From Bryobacterales bacterium (GTDB lineage Bacteria > Acidobacteriota > Terriglobia > Bryobacterales > UBA6623): 32,000 bases of DNA. Location of the stretch: contig CBDCOC010000001.1 in the NCBI GenBank assembly GCA_965219605.1, positions 1,001,325-1,033,324 of the forward strand. Direction: 5' to 3'. Below, one piece after another: positions 9,335-19,880 of this stretch (position 1 is its first letter; each line of letters starts with the position of its first letter). A program made the position numbers and the translations under genes. The notes under the pieces are model-generated. The model did not search any database and had not been told where the DNA came from. It saw only the letters and a list, made by a program, of their open reading frames with translations.

Positions 9335-10648
9335 TCAGTCTTCCAGCTCGGCCTGTGGCTCTGGCAGCCAAAAGCTGGCGATGATGCCGACAACATGCAC
9401 GGCTGTCCCAACGACACCCGCAGCGAAGGCCAGCTTGACGTACTGGCTGTCGCCCGGGGCGACGGTTGCCAGCTGGGTGGTCAGCAAGGCCGCGAACGTG
9501 CCCAGCATCCTGCCGCCGATATTCGCCGCGAACGACTCCCCCGTGCCGCGCAACCGCGTCGGGTAGACGCGCGGCAGGTAGTTGCCCCAGAAGCTGAACT
9601 GCGCGATGGTCACGAGACCTGCGACGAACACGCCCACCTGCAGCATGAGCAGGTCATTCGTGGCGGCATAGAAGAACACCAGCGGAAAGACGACCAGGCC
9701 GCAGACCTGGAAGCCGCGCAGCAGGTTGCCGCGCGAGGCGACGACGACCACCAGCACCGCCAGCAGCACGCGGCCCACGACACCGCCGATCTCCTGGACG
9801 CCCTGGACCTGGCTGACGGTTTGCTCCTGAACCAAGCGGCTGGCATCCTGGACCAGCCCGGGCACGATGCGCGGCACGTGCTGGATAGCACCGAAGGCTG
9901 CGCCGTAGCTGCACGCCACGATGACGGTCGTCACGACAGTCGTCCGCAAGAAGCGCGGCTGGAAGATCTCCCCGATACTGGGGCGGCTGAGCGCCCCTGC
10001 GGCGCGTTTCTTCTCCCACATGGGCGATTCGGGCAGGAACGGACGGATGACCATCAGCGGAATGGCCGGGATCAAGCCTGAGATGAGCGTGTAGCGCCAC
10101 GCTTCGTGGCCGCCGTAGATGGCCGGCAAGGACTCCCCGTACGTGACCGACAGGTAGTAGGCCCCGGTCACCAGGATTCCGCCCACCGAGCTGAACGCTT
10201 GCGTCCAGCCGAGCACGGCCTCGCGCTGCTTCTGGTCCGAGAAGAGCTCGGCCAGCCAGGCAATGGCCGCCACGAACTCCACAGAGACGCCGATGAACGT
10301 CGTGCAGCGGAAGAAGAGCAGGATCGCCGGGCTGGTCGCGAAGCCGGCCGCGGCGGCCGAGAAGCCGTAGAGCAGGATGCTCCAAACCAGCACCGCGCGG
10401 CGGCCGAACTTGTCGGTCAGCCAGCCTCCCAGCAGGCCGAACACGCCCCCGCACACGGCCGGCAGGTAGAACAGCAGCCCGACCCAGTGGTTGAATGCCG
10501 GCGAGCCGGGAGGCGCCGCGGCCAGTTCCAGCAGGGCTGGCCGCACGATGAGCGGCAGCATGAGCAGTTCGTAAATGTCGAACGCGAATCCAAGCGCGGC
10601 GACAAAGCAGATCAGCCACTGCGTCCGCGAGAGGTTGGCAAGCTTCAT
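9335..10648 (-). CDS. MFS transporter
   Basis: 437 aa with about 12 hydrophobic segments. MFS-like loop motif GGWLTDKFGRRAVL between TM2 and TM3. Confidence 0.85.
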   Translation of the reverse strand: MKLANLSRTQWLICFVAALGFAFDIYELLMLPLIVRPALLELAAAPPGSPAFNHWVGLLFYLPAVCGGVFGLLGGWLTDKFGRRAVLVWSILLYGFSAAAAGFATSPAILLFFRCTTFIGVSVEFVAAIAWLAELFSDQKQREAVLGWTQAFSSVGGILVTGAYYLSVTYGESLPAIYGGHEAWRYTLISGLIPAIPLMVIRPFLPESPMWEKKRAAGALSRPSIGEIFQPRFLRTTVVTTVIVACSYGAAFGAIQHVPRIVPGLVQDASRLVQEQTVSQVQGVQEIGGVVGRVLLAVLVVVVASRGNLLRGFQVCGLVVFPLVFFYAATNDLLMLQVGVFVAGLVTIAQFSFWGNYLPRVYPTRLRGTGESFAANIGGRMLGTFAALLTTQLATVAPGDSQYVKLAFAAGVVGTAVHVVGIIASFWLPEPQAELED

Positions 10649-10696
10649 TGCGCTATAGCCTACACCTTCGCCGCCGCGGGCAACATGGCCGCCGGG

Positions 10697-11176
10697 CTAC
10701 AGGACCAAGCTGTCGGCGCGCATGCCGCCGCAGCCGCCCTTGTCGAACGGCATGCTGCACGCGCCGGTATAGCAGCCCGATCCGCTGAATCCGGCGGGAG
10801 GCTTGGGCCCGATAAACGCGATCCATTCCTGGACCTTGGAGCGCACCTGCTCTGCCGATGCGCCCTGCTTGGCGATCATGTACTGGCTCAATCCCCAAAT
10901 CGTGCGCGAGATATTGCAGGGGCAGCAGCATGTGTAGGCGCTGTTGTCGGCACAGCAAGGGGCCGGGATACTGCCCAGCGCCGCTTTCTTGACGGCCTCT
11001 TGCGAGTCAGTCAGGCCGATCTCCTCATGCCAGCGCATGAATTGCCTGGACTGGGCCGCCACATCGCGGAACTCGATCTCGGCGGCCCGCAAAGCGTCCT
11101 TGCAGACAATGGCCAGAGCGGCTCCCGCCACTGGCCAGAAATCTCTCCTGCGCATCCTCACCACGACTACGCTCAT
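10697..11176 (-). CDS. cysteine-rich hypothetical protein (possible signal peptide)
   Basis: Non-repetitive 159-aa ORF 48 bp upstream of the MFS gene on the same strand. Hydrophobic N-terminus RRRDFWPVAGAALAIVC. Cys cluster PAPCCADNSAYTCCCPCN plus CYTGAC and GGCGG. No family confidently recognised. Confidence 0.5.
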   Translation of the reverse strand: MSVVVVRMRRRDFWPVAGAALAIVCKDALRAAEIEFRDVAAQSRQFMRWHEEIGLTDSQEAVKKAALGSIPAPCCADNSAYTCCCPCNISRTIWGLSQYMIAKQGASAEQVRSKVQEWIAFIGPKPPAGFSGSGCYTGACSMPFDKGGCGGMRADSLVL

Positions 11177-11307
11177 CTTAAGCCATCATCTCGCTGGCTT
11201 GGCCGCTAGCGGTGCGACCCGGTTGCCACCGGACTTGGCAGCGCCGCACGCACGGCTGCCGGCAGCGTCCGGGCAGTCGCTGGAATGCCATCCCCGGGCC
11301 GGGATGT

Positions 11308-12732
11308 TCAGTAGTCATTCCCCGCGAGGCTGAGTTCGACCGCGCGCTGCCACGCTTCCATGGCGGCAAGCATCGCGCTCACGCGCTCGGGCTGCAGGGA
11401 CGCGATATCGCGGCGTTCCCGGGGGTCGGCGAGCAAGTCGTACAACTCCGGGGCATGCGAAGCGAAACGGACCAGTTTGAAGCGGTTGCCGGTCCATGCG
11501 GCGACGCCGCCGAAATCCTCGCTCTTGGCGACCGGATGCTTGAAGTTGACAAAGTCGATGCCGGGATTACGTGCGGTCGGCGTCGTGCCCTTGGTCAGTG
11601 CAGGAGGCATCCAGCGGGGATTGTCCGCCTCCGAGCCCCGATCGTAGCGCCAGAAGCCGATCGGGGACTGGCGCTCGAGCATCGAATCGTGCAGGATCAG
11701 CGGAGCGAGGTCCACTCCGTCCAGCGGCCGGCCCGGGTCCGGATGGCTCAGGCCGAGCAAGGAGAGGAGCGTCGCGAAGATGTCCGTCGTGACCGCTGGA
11801 ATCCGGGTGCTTCTGGGGGAGGGGATCCTTGCCGGCCATTCGATGATCCCCGGCACGCGCAAGCCCCCTTCGTACAGCTGCCCCTTGCGGCCGCGCCAGC
11901 CGCCATTGAACAGGTCCGCCCGCTGCTCATCGGGGATTCCCTCCACCGTGACGCCGTTGTCGGAGGTGTACCACAGCAGCGTGTTCTCGGCCAAGCCTCG
12001 TTGCCGCAGCGCGCTCCGAAAACGTCCCAGCGCCCTGTCCAGCGCAGTGATCTCGGCGAACCGCGCGGCCAATTCGTCTCCGGGCACGTTGGCGTACAGC
12101 GCGAGGTCTTCGTCCCTGGCGCGGTAGGGGCTGTGCGGCGAGCCGAACCAGAGGGTGATGAAGAACGGGGCCGAGCCGGAAGATCGCACGTCCGCGACAA
12201 ACTCGAGCGCGGCATCGACGCAGATCTCGGAACTCTCGCCCGGAACGACCGTCGGAGCCGCCCCGTTGCGGCTCAGCGGAGGATGCATCTCGAAGAAATT
12301 GTCGTGCGCGAGGTACTCCTCGTAGCCCATCCGGGCCGGGTTGGTGGGGGATGCGGACTTGACGGCCCCGACATGCCACTTGCCGAAGTGGCCCGTGCGA
12401 TAGCCAACTGCCCTCAGGATCTGGGCGATCGTGATCTCTTCCGGCCGCGTCGAGTGGTTGGGCGCGAACACGCCGGAGCGGTTTGGATGGCGCCCCGTCA
12501 GGATGGATGTCCGGGTTGGCGAGCAGTTCGGCGCGGCGGCGTAGAAGCGGTCGAAGCGCAGGCCCGACGAGGCCATCTCGTCCAAGGCGGGGGTGAGCAG
12601 GTACGGATGCCGGTTATAGCCGACTTCCCCCCAGCCTTGGTCGTCGGCCATTGCCAAGACGATATTGGGCCGCTCGGCCGCGGCGAGAGACGCGACCCAA
12701 GCTATGCCCAAGAAGATCGGAAGCGCACGCAT
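11308..12732 (-). CDS. sulfatase (formylglycine-dependent family)
   Basis: Signal peptide MRALPIFLGIAWVASLAAA, then RPNIVLAMADDQGWGEVGY, the CxPxR signature CSPTRTSILTGRHP, GKWHVG and WYTSDNG. The start was chosen at the internal Met (12732) rather than the track start at 12789. Confidence 0.9.
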   Translation of the reverse strand: MRALPIFLGIAWVASLAAAERPNIVLAMADDQGWGEVGYNRHPYLLTPALDEMASSGLRFDRFYAAAPNCSPTRTSILTGRHPNRSGVFAPNHSTRPEEITIAQILRAVGYRTGHFGKWHVGAVKSASPTNPARMGYEEYLAHDNFFEMHPPLSRNGAAPTVVPGESSEICVDAALEFVADVRSSGSAPFFITLWFGSPHSPYRARDEDLALYANVPGDELAARFAEITALDRALGRFRSALRQRGLAENTLLWYTSDNGVTVEGIPDEQRADLFNGGWRGRKGQLYEGGLRVPGIIEWPARIPSPRSTRIPAVTTDIFATLLSLLGLSHPDPGRPLDGVDLAPLILHDSMLERQSPIGFWRYDRGSEADNPRWMPPALTKGTTPTARNPGIDFVNFKHPVAKSEDFGGVAAWTGNRFKLVRFASHAPELYDLLADPRERRDIASLQPERVSAMLAAMEAWQRAVELSLAGNDY

Positions 12733-12854
12733 GGCAGGCAACTGACTCAGCGAATCATGATGGCCCCTGCCCGGCAGCAGAGGCACCATGCCATGCAGCG
12801 AGACCTACGTAGCCGCAGACCCGGGCGGGCGGATCGGGGAAGCTGCCGATAAGA

Positions 12855-12929
12855 TGGAGCGGGAGGCGGGAATCGAACCCGCGACATTCAGCTTGGGAAG
12901 CTGACGTTCTGCCTCTGAACTACTCCCGC
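12855..12929 (-). tRNA. tRNA-Gly, anticodon CCC
   Basis: The reverse complement GCGGGAGTAGTTCAGAGGCAGAACGTCAGCTTCCCAAGCTGAATGTCGCGGGTTCGATTCCCGCCTCCCGCTCCA folds as a 75-nt cloverleaf. The anticodon loop is TTCCCAA and the CCA is encoded. Confidence 0.85.
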
Positions 12930-13211
12930 TCGTGGCGCTTATTATAGCGCACGCATCGGACAGCCAACACGCCTCATGCTCGCGCAGGCAAGCTCAAAAG
13001 CCCGGTCGGCGGCGGGAAAGGTCGCAGCGGCACCTAGCGCGCAGGGTCTCGGCTCATGAAGCCCTGCTGCTTGCGGCCAGGACAGTCCGCGGACTCTTCC
13101 GGCGCGGCGCGGATCGCGCACGAGAGGCGTCAGATCTGCAACGTTTCGTCGCATCCGCCAAGGTTCGGCCGGCGATCATTCCGCAGGGCCACTACTTGCA
13201 ATAATTGGCAT

Positions 13212-16200
13212 ATGGCAGTCCATGCTGCGAATGCGCAGGTAAAGCGCGGATTACCCGCAGCATCCGGTGCCGGCGCACCGGTCGCCCCCCAGCCGCCATG
13301 CGTGCTGCACGGCGGCTGGATCCCCGGCGACAGGAGCGGCAAGTTTGTGCTGTGGGCCGAGAGCCGGACGGAACTTCGCAAGCCGCGCGACAACGACCAC
13401 CCGTTCCATCTGCCTTGGAAAGATCTCGTCGCGAGCGTGTCAGAGATCTTCCCGCCACGGCGCGATGCGGGGACACCATGGGACGCAAGCAAGCGCGACG
13501 GGGCTTGGATCAGCTTGCCGGGAGACGGCCGCAAGCCGACGCCTTCCCTCGAACTACAGGCAGACATCGAGGGGGAAATTCCCGAAGCGACAGGCTGGCA
13601 GGCCTGGCGGGTAGACGCGATCACCGTCTCCGCTCCGCTGTCGCTGCTGGCCTCGCACGACTTGGAACACCTGGCAAGCGGCGGTGCCATCCGCATCGGA
13701 CACGACCTTCGGTTCTGGAGACGCCTTGCGCTGGCACTTGCGGGGCTTGTGCGCAGGCACGAGTACCTTCCTGCGATCTTCCCCAAGGAGGCCGCCGAGG
13801 GACGGCCGCGCAAGGGGCGCAAGAAGGCCCCCGCGGTCGAGTTCGAAGCGGGCTGGGAGCTTGCCGACGACGCGGAGGAAAGCATTGTCGGCCTGTTCGG
13901 GCAGGCCATGCCCGGAGCTTGCCGGGCGCTGCGCATGGAATCGCCCGAGCGGACGGACGCAGGATCGGCGTTGCACGAGCCGCGGGCACTGGTTCGCAAC
14001 TTTCTGGCGGTCCAACTCGAGCGCTTGGTGCAGCAGACAAAGTTCCTCCAGAAGACGCTCGGCGGCATCGAAGGCTCGTTCGTGACGTTCGCGCTTCCCG
14101 GCCAAGTGGAACGAGTGCGACTGGCGGGCCCGAAGCCGATCGAGGAATCCGACTGGCTGCAATGGCGGCTCTGGAGAGATCGGATCCAGCGGTCGGCGCA
14201 GCATGCGGACGAGAGGATCTGCTTCCGCCTGGCAGACGCGCGCAGCGAGTCACCCGACGCATGGCGCCTGGAATGGCTGCTCTCCTCGCGTCGAGACCCT
14301 TCCCTGCTCGTTCCGCTGGCGGACTTCTGGGCGTCCCGAAAAGGGAGCGGCCGCCCTTCCCCGCGCAGCGTCAGGGAAGTCCTGCTCCAGCTCGGGCAGG
14401 CCGCGCGCATCTACGGCACGCTCTGGAAGGGGCTGAGCAGCGCTGCGCCGAGCGGCATTGAACTGAGCCGGGAAACGGCGCTCGCGTTCCTCAGAAACGA
14501 CGCCCCGGTGCTCCAGAGCGCAGGGTTCCGGGTCATCGTGCCCTCTTGGTGGACGGCGACCGGCCAGCGTCGGTTGCGGCTGCGCTTGACGGCGCGCGGC
14601 CTGCCCAAAGCCGAGAGCGCGGGATCGGCGAGCTCGGGAATGCTGGGATTCGACACCCTGGTCGACTACAGCGCCCAGGTCGTGCTCGACGGCAGGCCGC
14701 TCTCGCGCGAGGAGTGGGAAAGCGTCGTGGCCGCCAAGGAGGGACTGGTCCAGCTGCGCGGCGAGTGGATGGAACTGCGCAGCGAGGAGGTCGCCCGCCT
14801 CGAGGAATACTGGCAGGCCGGCGACGATCTGAACAGCATGACGGTCGCCGATCTCGTTCGCGCCCAGGCTGACGCGGACAGCTTCGAGATCGATCCGTCG
14901 TCAGAATTCGGGCAGATACTGGCGGCGCTGCAGGGAACGGGCGCGCTCGATATGCTCGGGCAGCCGGCGGGGTTTGTCGGCGAACTGCGGGGCTACCAGC
15001 TGCGCGGCTACTCCTGGCTTGCATACTTGGAACATCTCGGTTTCGGGGCTTGCCTAGCCGACGACATGGGGCTGGGAAAGACCGTCCAGGTGATTGCGGC
15101 CATACTCGAGGACAAGTGCCGCAACCCGGAAGCGGGGCCGACGCTTCTGATCGCGCCCACGTCCGTCCTGGGGAACTGGCTGCGGGAAACCCGTCGTTTT
15201 GCCCCCGCCTTGGCGGCATGCATCCACCACGGCCCACAACGCCCGAAGTCCGCGAAGGAGCTACAGGAGTCGATAGAGGGGAAGGACCTTGTGATCGCCT
15301 CGTTCGGAGTCGCACGGCAGGACGCGGCGCACCTGAAGGGGATCTCGTGGCACCGGCTCGTGGTGGACGAGTCCCAGAACATCAAGAACCCCACGGCGGC
15401 GGTCACGAAAGCCATCCGCGCCTTCAAGGCGCCGCGCCGGCTGGCCCTGACGGGCACGCCGGTCGAGAACCGGCTGATGGACCTGTGGTCCCTGTTCAGC
15501 GTTCTGAATCCGGGATACCTCGGAACGATGACCGCGTTCCGGAAGGACTTCGAGCGCCCGATCATGCGCCAGCGGGACAGTGCTATGACCAAGCAGCTGC
15601 GCGGCATGGTGCGGCCCTTCATCCTGCGGCGGATGAAGACCGACAAGTCGATCATCCAAGACTTGCCGGACAAGGTCGAGCAAAACTCCTTCTGCAACCT
15701 CACAGCGGAGCAAGCGACGCTCTATGAGGCCGTACTGCGCGACTTGGAGGCGAAGCTGGAGGATGCCGAGGGGATCAACAGGCAGGGCCTGCTGCTTTCG
15801 ACCCTGATGCGCCTCAAGCAAATTTGCAACCATCCGGCCCAATTCCTGCAGGACGCCAGCGAGTTCTCCGCCTCCCGCTCCCACAAGCTGGCGCGAGTCT
15901 GCGAGATGCTGGACGAGATCGAGGCCGAGGGCGAAAGCGCGCTCGTCTTCACCCAGTTCGCAGAGATCGGCAAGGCGCTGGAAGACCTCTTCAGAGCACG
16001 CTACGCAGGCACGGTCTACTACCTCCACGGCGGCACGCCGCGCGCCCGGCGCGAGCACATGGTGGAGGAGTTCCAGAACCCCGATTCCGGGCGGGCGATT
16101 TTCGTCCTGTCGCTGCGCGCGGGCGGGACGGGCATCACCCTGACGAGGGCAAACCACGTGATCCACTTCGACCGCTGGTGGAACCCGGCGGTCGAGAACC

Positions 16201-16424
16201 AGGCAACGGACCGGGCCTATCGCATCGGACAGGAGAAGACGGTGTTCGTCCACAAGATGGTCACGATGGGCACTCTCGAGGAGCGGATTGACGAAATGAT
16301 CGAGTCCAAGAAGAAACTGGCGGAGGATATCGTCGGCAGCGACGAGTCCTGGCTGTCCAACCTCGATAACGAGGCGTTTCGGAATCTGGTCGCCCTGGAC
16401 CGCCGCGAGGCGGTCGTCGACTAG
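13212..16424 (+). CDS. SNF2/Swi2 family helicase with a long N-terminal SNF2-associated region (HelZ-like)
   Basis: Helicase motifs LADDMGLGKT (I), DESQNIKN (II), LTGTPVENRL (III), and C-terminal GGTGITLTRANHVIHFDRWWNPAVENQATDRAYRIGQ (V/VI). About 600 aa precede motif I. ATG at 13212 was chosen; the upstream part of the track ORF is Arg/Cys-rich and unlikely to be coding. Confidence 0.9.
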   Translation: MAVHAANAQVKRGLPAASGAGAPVAPQPPCVLHGGWIPGDRSGKFVLWAESRTELRKPRDNDHPFHLPWKDLVASVSEIFPPRRDAGTPWDASKRDGAWISLPGDGRKPTPSLELQADIEGEIPEATGWQAWRVDAITVSAPLSLLASHDLEHLASGGAIRIGHDLRFWRRLALALAGLVRRHEYLPAIFPKEAAEGRPRKGRKKAPAVEFEAGWELADDAEESIVGLFGQAMPGACRALRMESPERTDAGSALHEPRALVRNFLAVQLERLVQQTKFLQKTLGGIEGSFVTFALPGQVERVRLAGPKPIEESDWLQWRLWRDRIQRSAQHADERICFRLADARSESPDAWRLEWLLSSRRDPSLLVPLADFWASRKGSGRPSPRSVREVLLQLGQAARIYGTLWKGLSSAAPSGIELSRETALAFLRNDAPVLQSAGFRVIVPSWWTATGQRRLRLRLTARGLPKAESAGSASSGMLGFDTLVDYSAQVVLDGRPLSREEWESVVAAKEGLVQLRGEWMELRSEEVARLEEYWQAGDDLNSMTVADLVRAQADADSFEIDPSSEFGQILAALQGTGALDMLGQPAGFVGELRGYQLRGYSWLAYLEHLGFGACLADDMGLGKTVQVIAAILEDKCRNPEAGPTLLIAPTSVLGNWLRETRRFAPALAACIHHGPQRPKSAKELQESIEGKDLVIASFGVARQDAAHLKGISWHRLVVDESQNIKNPTAAVTKAIRAFKAPRRLALTGTPVENRLMDLWSLFSVLNPGYLGTMTAFRKDFERPIMRQRDSAMTKQLRGMVRPFILRRMKTDKSIIQDLPDKVEQNSFCNLTAEQATLYEAVLRDLEAKLEDAEGINRQGLLLSTLMRLKQICNHPAQFLQDASEFSASRSHKLARVCEMLDEIEAEGESALVFTQFAEIGKALEDLFRARYAGTVYYLHGGTPRARREHMVEEFQNPDSGRAIFVLSLRAGGTGITLTRANHVIHFDRWWNPAVENQATDRAYRIGQEKTVFVHKMVTMGTLEERIDEMIESKKKLAEDIVGSDESWLSNLDNEAFRNLVALDRREAVVD

Positions 16425-16437
16425 GCGGCAGCGTTCC

Positions 16438-17316
16438 ATGGCGGCCAGAAGCAAGACCTGGTGGGGCAAGGAGTTCCTCCATGCGTTGGAGAGTTGCATG
16501 GATCCGGGCCGCCTGTCCCGGGGCCGGAGCTACTCGGCGGCGCACCGGCGAAAGAGCTTTGCTATCCGGCAAGGGGTGATCCAAGCCACGGTGATCGGCA
16601 ACATCAACCCCTACTTCGGGGTCTACAAGACTCCGTACTACGACGTGAAGATCGCGTTCAAGAAGATACCGGCCGCGCAGTGGCAGGGGATCGTCAAGCG
16701 CTTGGGATCCAATGCCGACTGGGTGACGCACCTGGTCGTGGGCGAGGTGCCCCCCTCGATCGAGGATGCACTGGAAGGGGCAAAGGTAAAGCTCCTGCCC
16801 CGCGCGCATCAAGAGATCGTGGCCTCGTGCTCCTGTCCGGACTGGGCAAACCCGTGCAAGCATATCGCCGGCATCTACTACCATGTCGCCTCGCTGCTTG
16901 ACCGCGATCCGCTGCTGCTGTTCGAATTTCGCGGATTGCAGCGCTCGAAACTGCTGGCTGCAATTTCGAAGTCGGAATTCGGGGCTGCGCTGCACGGCAA
17001 GGCCGATGCGCCCGCTCCGGATCTCGCAGCCGCGGCCCGCGCGCCGCGATATCCGCCCGTGGACTCGGAGCCGGACGAACCCCGGGCCTCGGATCTTCGC
17101 GCGTTCTGGCGGGGCAGGCCGCTGCCGAGCGACGCCTCGACAGCCCGCCCGGCACCGCCGATCTCAGCCTTGCTCCTGCGCCGCGAGGGCGACTACCCGC
17201 AGTTCTGGCACCGCGAGAGCTCGTTCTTGGACACGATGGCAGAGATCTACGAGCGCGTCGCCAAAGGACTGCCTGCGGCCGGAAGCAGTGACCCGGGAAG
17301 CGCGGGAAGAAGCTGA
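16438..17316 (+). CDS. SWIM zinc-finger protein
   Basis: Canonical SWIM CxCxnCxH signature CSCPDWANPCKH followed by IAGIYYH. It starts 13 bp after the SNF2 stop, so it is probably co-transcribed. Confidence 0.85.
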   Translation: MAARSKTWWGKEFLHALESCMDPGRLSRGRSYSAAHRRKSFAIRQGVIQATVIGNINPYFGVYKTPYYDVKIAFKKIPAAQWQGIVKRLGSNADWVTHLVVGEVPPSIEDALEGAKVKLLPRAHQEIVASCSCPDWANPCKHIAGIYYHVASLLDRDPLLLFEFRGLQRSKLLAAISKSEFGAALHGKADAPAPDLAAAARAPRYPPVDSEPDEPRASDLRAFWRGRPLPSDASTARPAPPISALLLRREGDYPQFWHRESSFLDTMAEIYERVAKGLPAAGSSDPGSAGRS

Positions 17317-17815
17317 TCGTGCCAGGTCGGTAGAACGGTCCCCGCTGTCGGGCTCTTGATCCAGCGACTGCACATTCACCGCAAGCCGGCGGCCGTCCGA
17401 GGAAAAGGCAACACCCTCCGAAGTTGCGCATGAGGGGGCCGAGCGGGGCGTGCGAGCACTTGCCTTCCGTCTTCGCAGTCTCTTGTCCCTGCGGCACCTC
17501 GGCAAGCTCTTCGCGGCGTTGGCTACAGCGCACAAGTGGTCACGCACCGCCTACACGGTGCTGGGGGACGAACGCGATCCGCGGATTGACTGCGACCGCT
17601 GCTGGTCCAGCGCGGCGATCTGGACGCAACTTCGCAGACGGCCGCCAGCGGGAGCTTGCGCGATCGCTACGCCGGGCCGTAAAGCGGGGCGGCCGGATTC
17701 CGTGTTGGTTCGCAGCCGAGCTATCCTATATTGCTCGCACCTTTGACGAGGGCTGCCTTGGGCAACCCACCGGATCGGAACGGAATCGGCAGAGGACGGA
17801 AGACTGGGCAAAGCC

Positions 17816-19201
17816 ATGAAAAGTTCAATCCTACGAGCGATCCTCCTAGCGTTCGTTTTGAACATGGCAGCCAGCGGGCAGCCGCCGAACATCGTCCTGA
17901 TCCTTGCGGACGACCTAGGCTGGAACGATGTCGGCTTCAACGGCGACGAATTCTATTCGACGCCTCACTTGGACCGCATGGCGCAAGAGGGGATGGTCTT
18001 CACCAACGCCTACAGCAGCGGGCCGAATTGCGCACCAACACGGGCCAGCCTGATCTCGGGCATGTATCCGCCGCGCCACATGATCTACACGCCGGGAGGC
18101 AGATCCAAGATCGACCCCCGCATGATGAAGCTCGCCGTACCAGTGCAGCAACGCTTCTGGGAACGGATCGGCGTCACAGATTCGATCCCAGACACCTTCG
18201 AGGTCCGGGAAGCTTTGGCGCCAAGGGTTGCCAGCATCGCAGAAGTGCTCAAGCAGGGCGGCTACGTAACGGCCAGGCTCGGCAAGTGGCAGGTCGGGCC
18301 TGATCCGCAGGGATTCGACACGGTCAGCAGCAATGGCAAGCCCGGCAGGGAGAGGAAACACTACAGCGATCCCGATGTGTCGTTCGATCTGACCAACGCG
18401 AGTGTCGAGTTTATCAGCGACCACCACAACCGACCATTCTTCCTGTTCCTCTCGCACTGGGATGTTCACAGCCCGCTTGTCGCCCGCCCCGGCCTAGTTG
18501 CGAAGTACGAGGAGAAGCTCGCATCGTGGACAAAAAACGACAAGCGGTACAACCCGACCTATGCAGCCATGGTCGAGGCCGTTGATAGCAGCGTGGGCCG
18601 CATCCTCGAGACCTTGGACGAATTGGATCTCGCCGAGAGCACCTTGGTCATTTTTTCGTCGGACAACGGCGGCGCCAACGTTTCCATCAACGAGCCCCTG
18701 CGGGGTGTCAAGGGATCCCTGTACGAGGGCGGGATCCGCGTGCCGACCTGCATGGCTTGGCCTGGCGTGATCGCACCGGGCTCCGAATCGCACACGCCCA
18801 TCAGCAGCGTCGATTTCCTGCCCACCTTCGCAGAGTTGGCGGGCGTGCCCTTGCCGGACGGCCAGCCGGTCGACGGAGAGAGCTTCGCGCCGATTCTCCG
18901 GCAGCAAGCCGCGCTGGAGGATCGTGCGATTTTCTGGCACTACCCGCTATACCTGACAGGCCGCGCAACTCCTGCGAGCGCCGTTCGCAAGGGCGACTGG
19001 AAGTTGATCGAATTCTTTGAAGACAGGCGCCTGGAGATGTATAACGTCGCTAACGACATTGGCGAGTCGCGCAACATGGCGGATGCCGTGCCCGCGAAGG
19101 CCCGCGAGCTGCACCGAGAGCTGGTCGCTTGGCGCAAGGCAACGAATGCCGTGGAGCCGGAAGAGCCGAACCGGTATTACGACGAGACTCGGTCACGTTA
19201 G
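17816..19201 (+). CDS. sulfatase (formylglycine-dependent family)
   Basis: Signal peptide MKSSILRAILLAFVLNMAASG, then PPNIVLILADDLGWNDVGF, CxPxR signature CAPTRASLISGMYP, GKWQVG and IFSSDNGG. Confidence 0.9.
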   Translation: MKSSILRAILLAFVLNMAASGQPPNIVLILADDLGWNDVGFNGDEFYSTPHLDRMAQEGMVFTNAYSSGPNCAPTRASLISGMYPPRHMIYTPGGRSKIDPRMMKLAVPVQQRFWERIGVTDSIPDTFEVREALAPRVASIAEVLKQGGYVTARLGKWQVGPDPQGFDTVSSNGKPGRERKHYSDPDVSFDLTNASVEFISDHHNRPFFLFLSHWDVHSPLVARPGLVAKYEEKLASWTKNDKRYNPTYAAMVEAVDSSVGRILETLDELDLAESTLVIFSSDNGGANVSINEPLRGVKGSLYEGGIRVPTCMAWPGVIAPGSESHTPISSVDFLPTFAELAGVPLPDGQPVDGESFAPILRQQAALEDRAIFWHYPLYLTGRATPASAVRKGDWKLIEFFEDRRLEMYNVANDIGESRNMADAVPAKARELHRELVAWRKATNAVEPEEPNRYYDETRSR

Positions 19202-19544
19202 CCCATGGCCGCCCTTTGCTGTGAAGAGCGCCAGAAAAAGACATCGCCGCTGCACGAGGAGGGACCAGCGGGCTTGGCCAAGCCGCGCGCAAGGCCTATC
19301 CGCAGACGCGCCGTTGCGCTGGACAAGCTTGCGGTACGTGACTCTGGATGATCGACAGGAAGCTGCGGGCGTGCTAACTTTGGGGTAGGATGTGTGTGGC
19401 AAGCTTGAGCTTGCTACGATCCTCGGATAGTCACTTGCCTGCCTTGGCGTGGCAACTGCGGCAAGCCCCTGCCCCGGAGCCAGCGCGGAGGCTGCATGTT
19501 GGTTGCGCTGAGAGTTAACGCCAAGCTTTCTTGCTGGCGCCTAG

Positions 19545-19880
<336 letters not shown>

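Noticed and set aside
9395-12852. Plus-strand ORFs 9395-10081, 10106-11209 and 11212-12852
   Set aside because: They are antisense shadows of the MFS transporter, the Cys-rich ORF and the sulfatase. Their composition is dominated by Arg/Gly/Ala/Asp.
13130-16499. Minus-strand ORFs 13130-14410, 13554-14204, 14533-15315 and 15261-16499
   Set aside because: All are antisense to the SNF2 helicase gene, which has clear helicase motifs. Their products are Arg/Pro/Ser-rich with no motifs.
17330-17430. WD40/PD40-like peptide SEGVAFSSDGRRLAV on the minus strand in the SWIM-sulfatase intergenic region
   Set aside because: There is only one repeat-like motif, the surrounding frame is Arg/Ser-rich, and it runs into the SWIM gene. 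At most it is a gene remnant, which is insufficient evidence to annotate.
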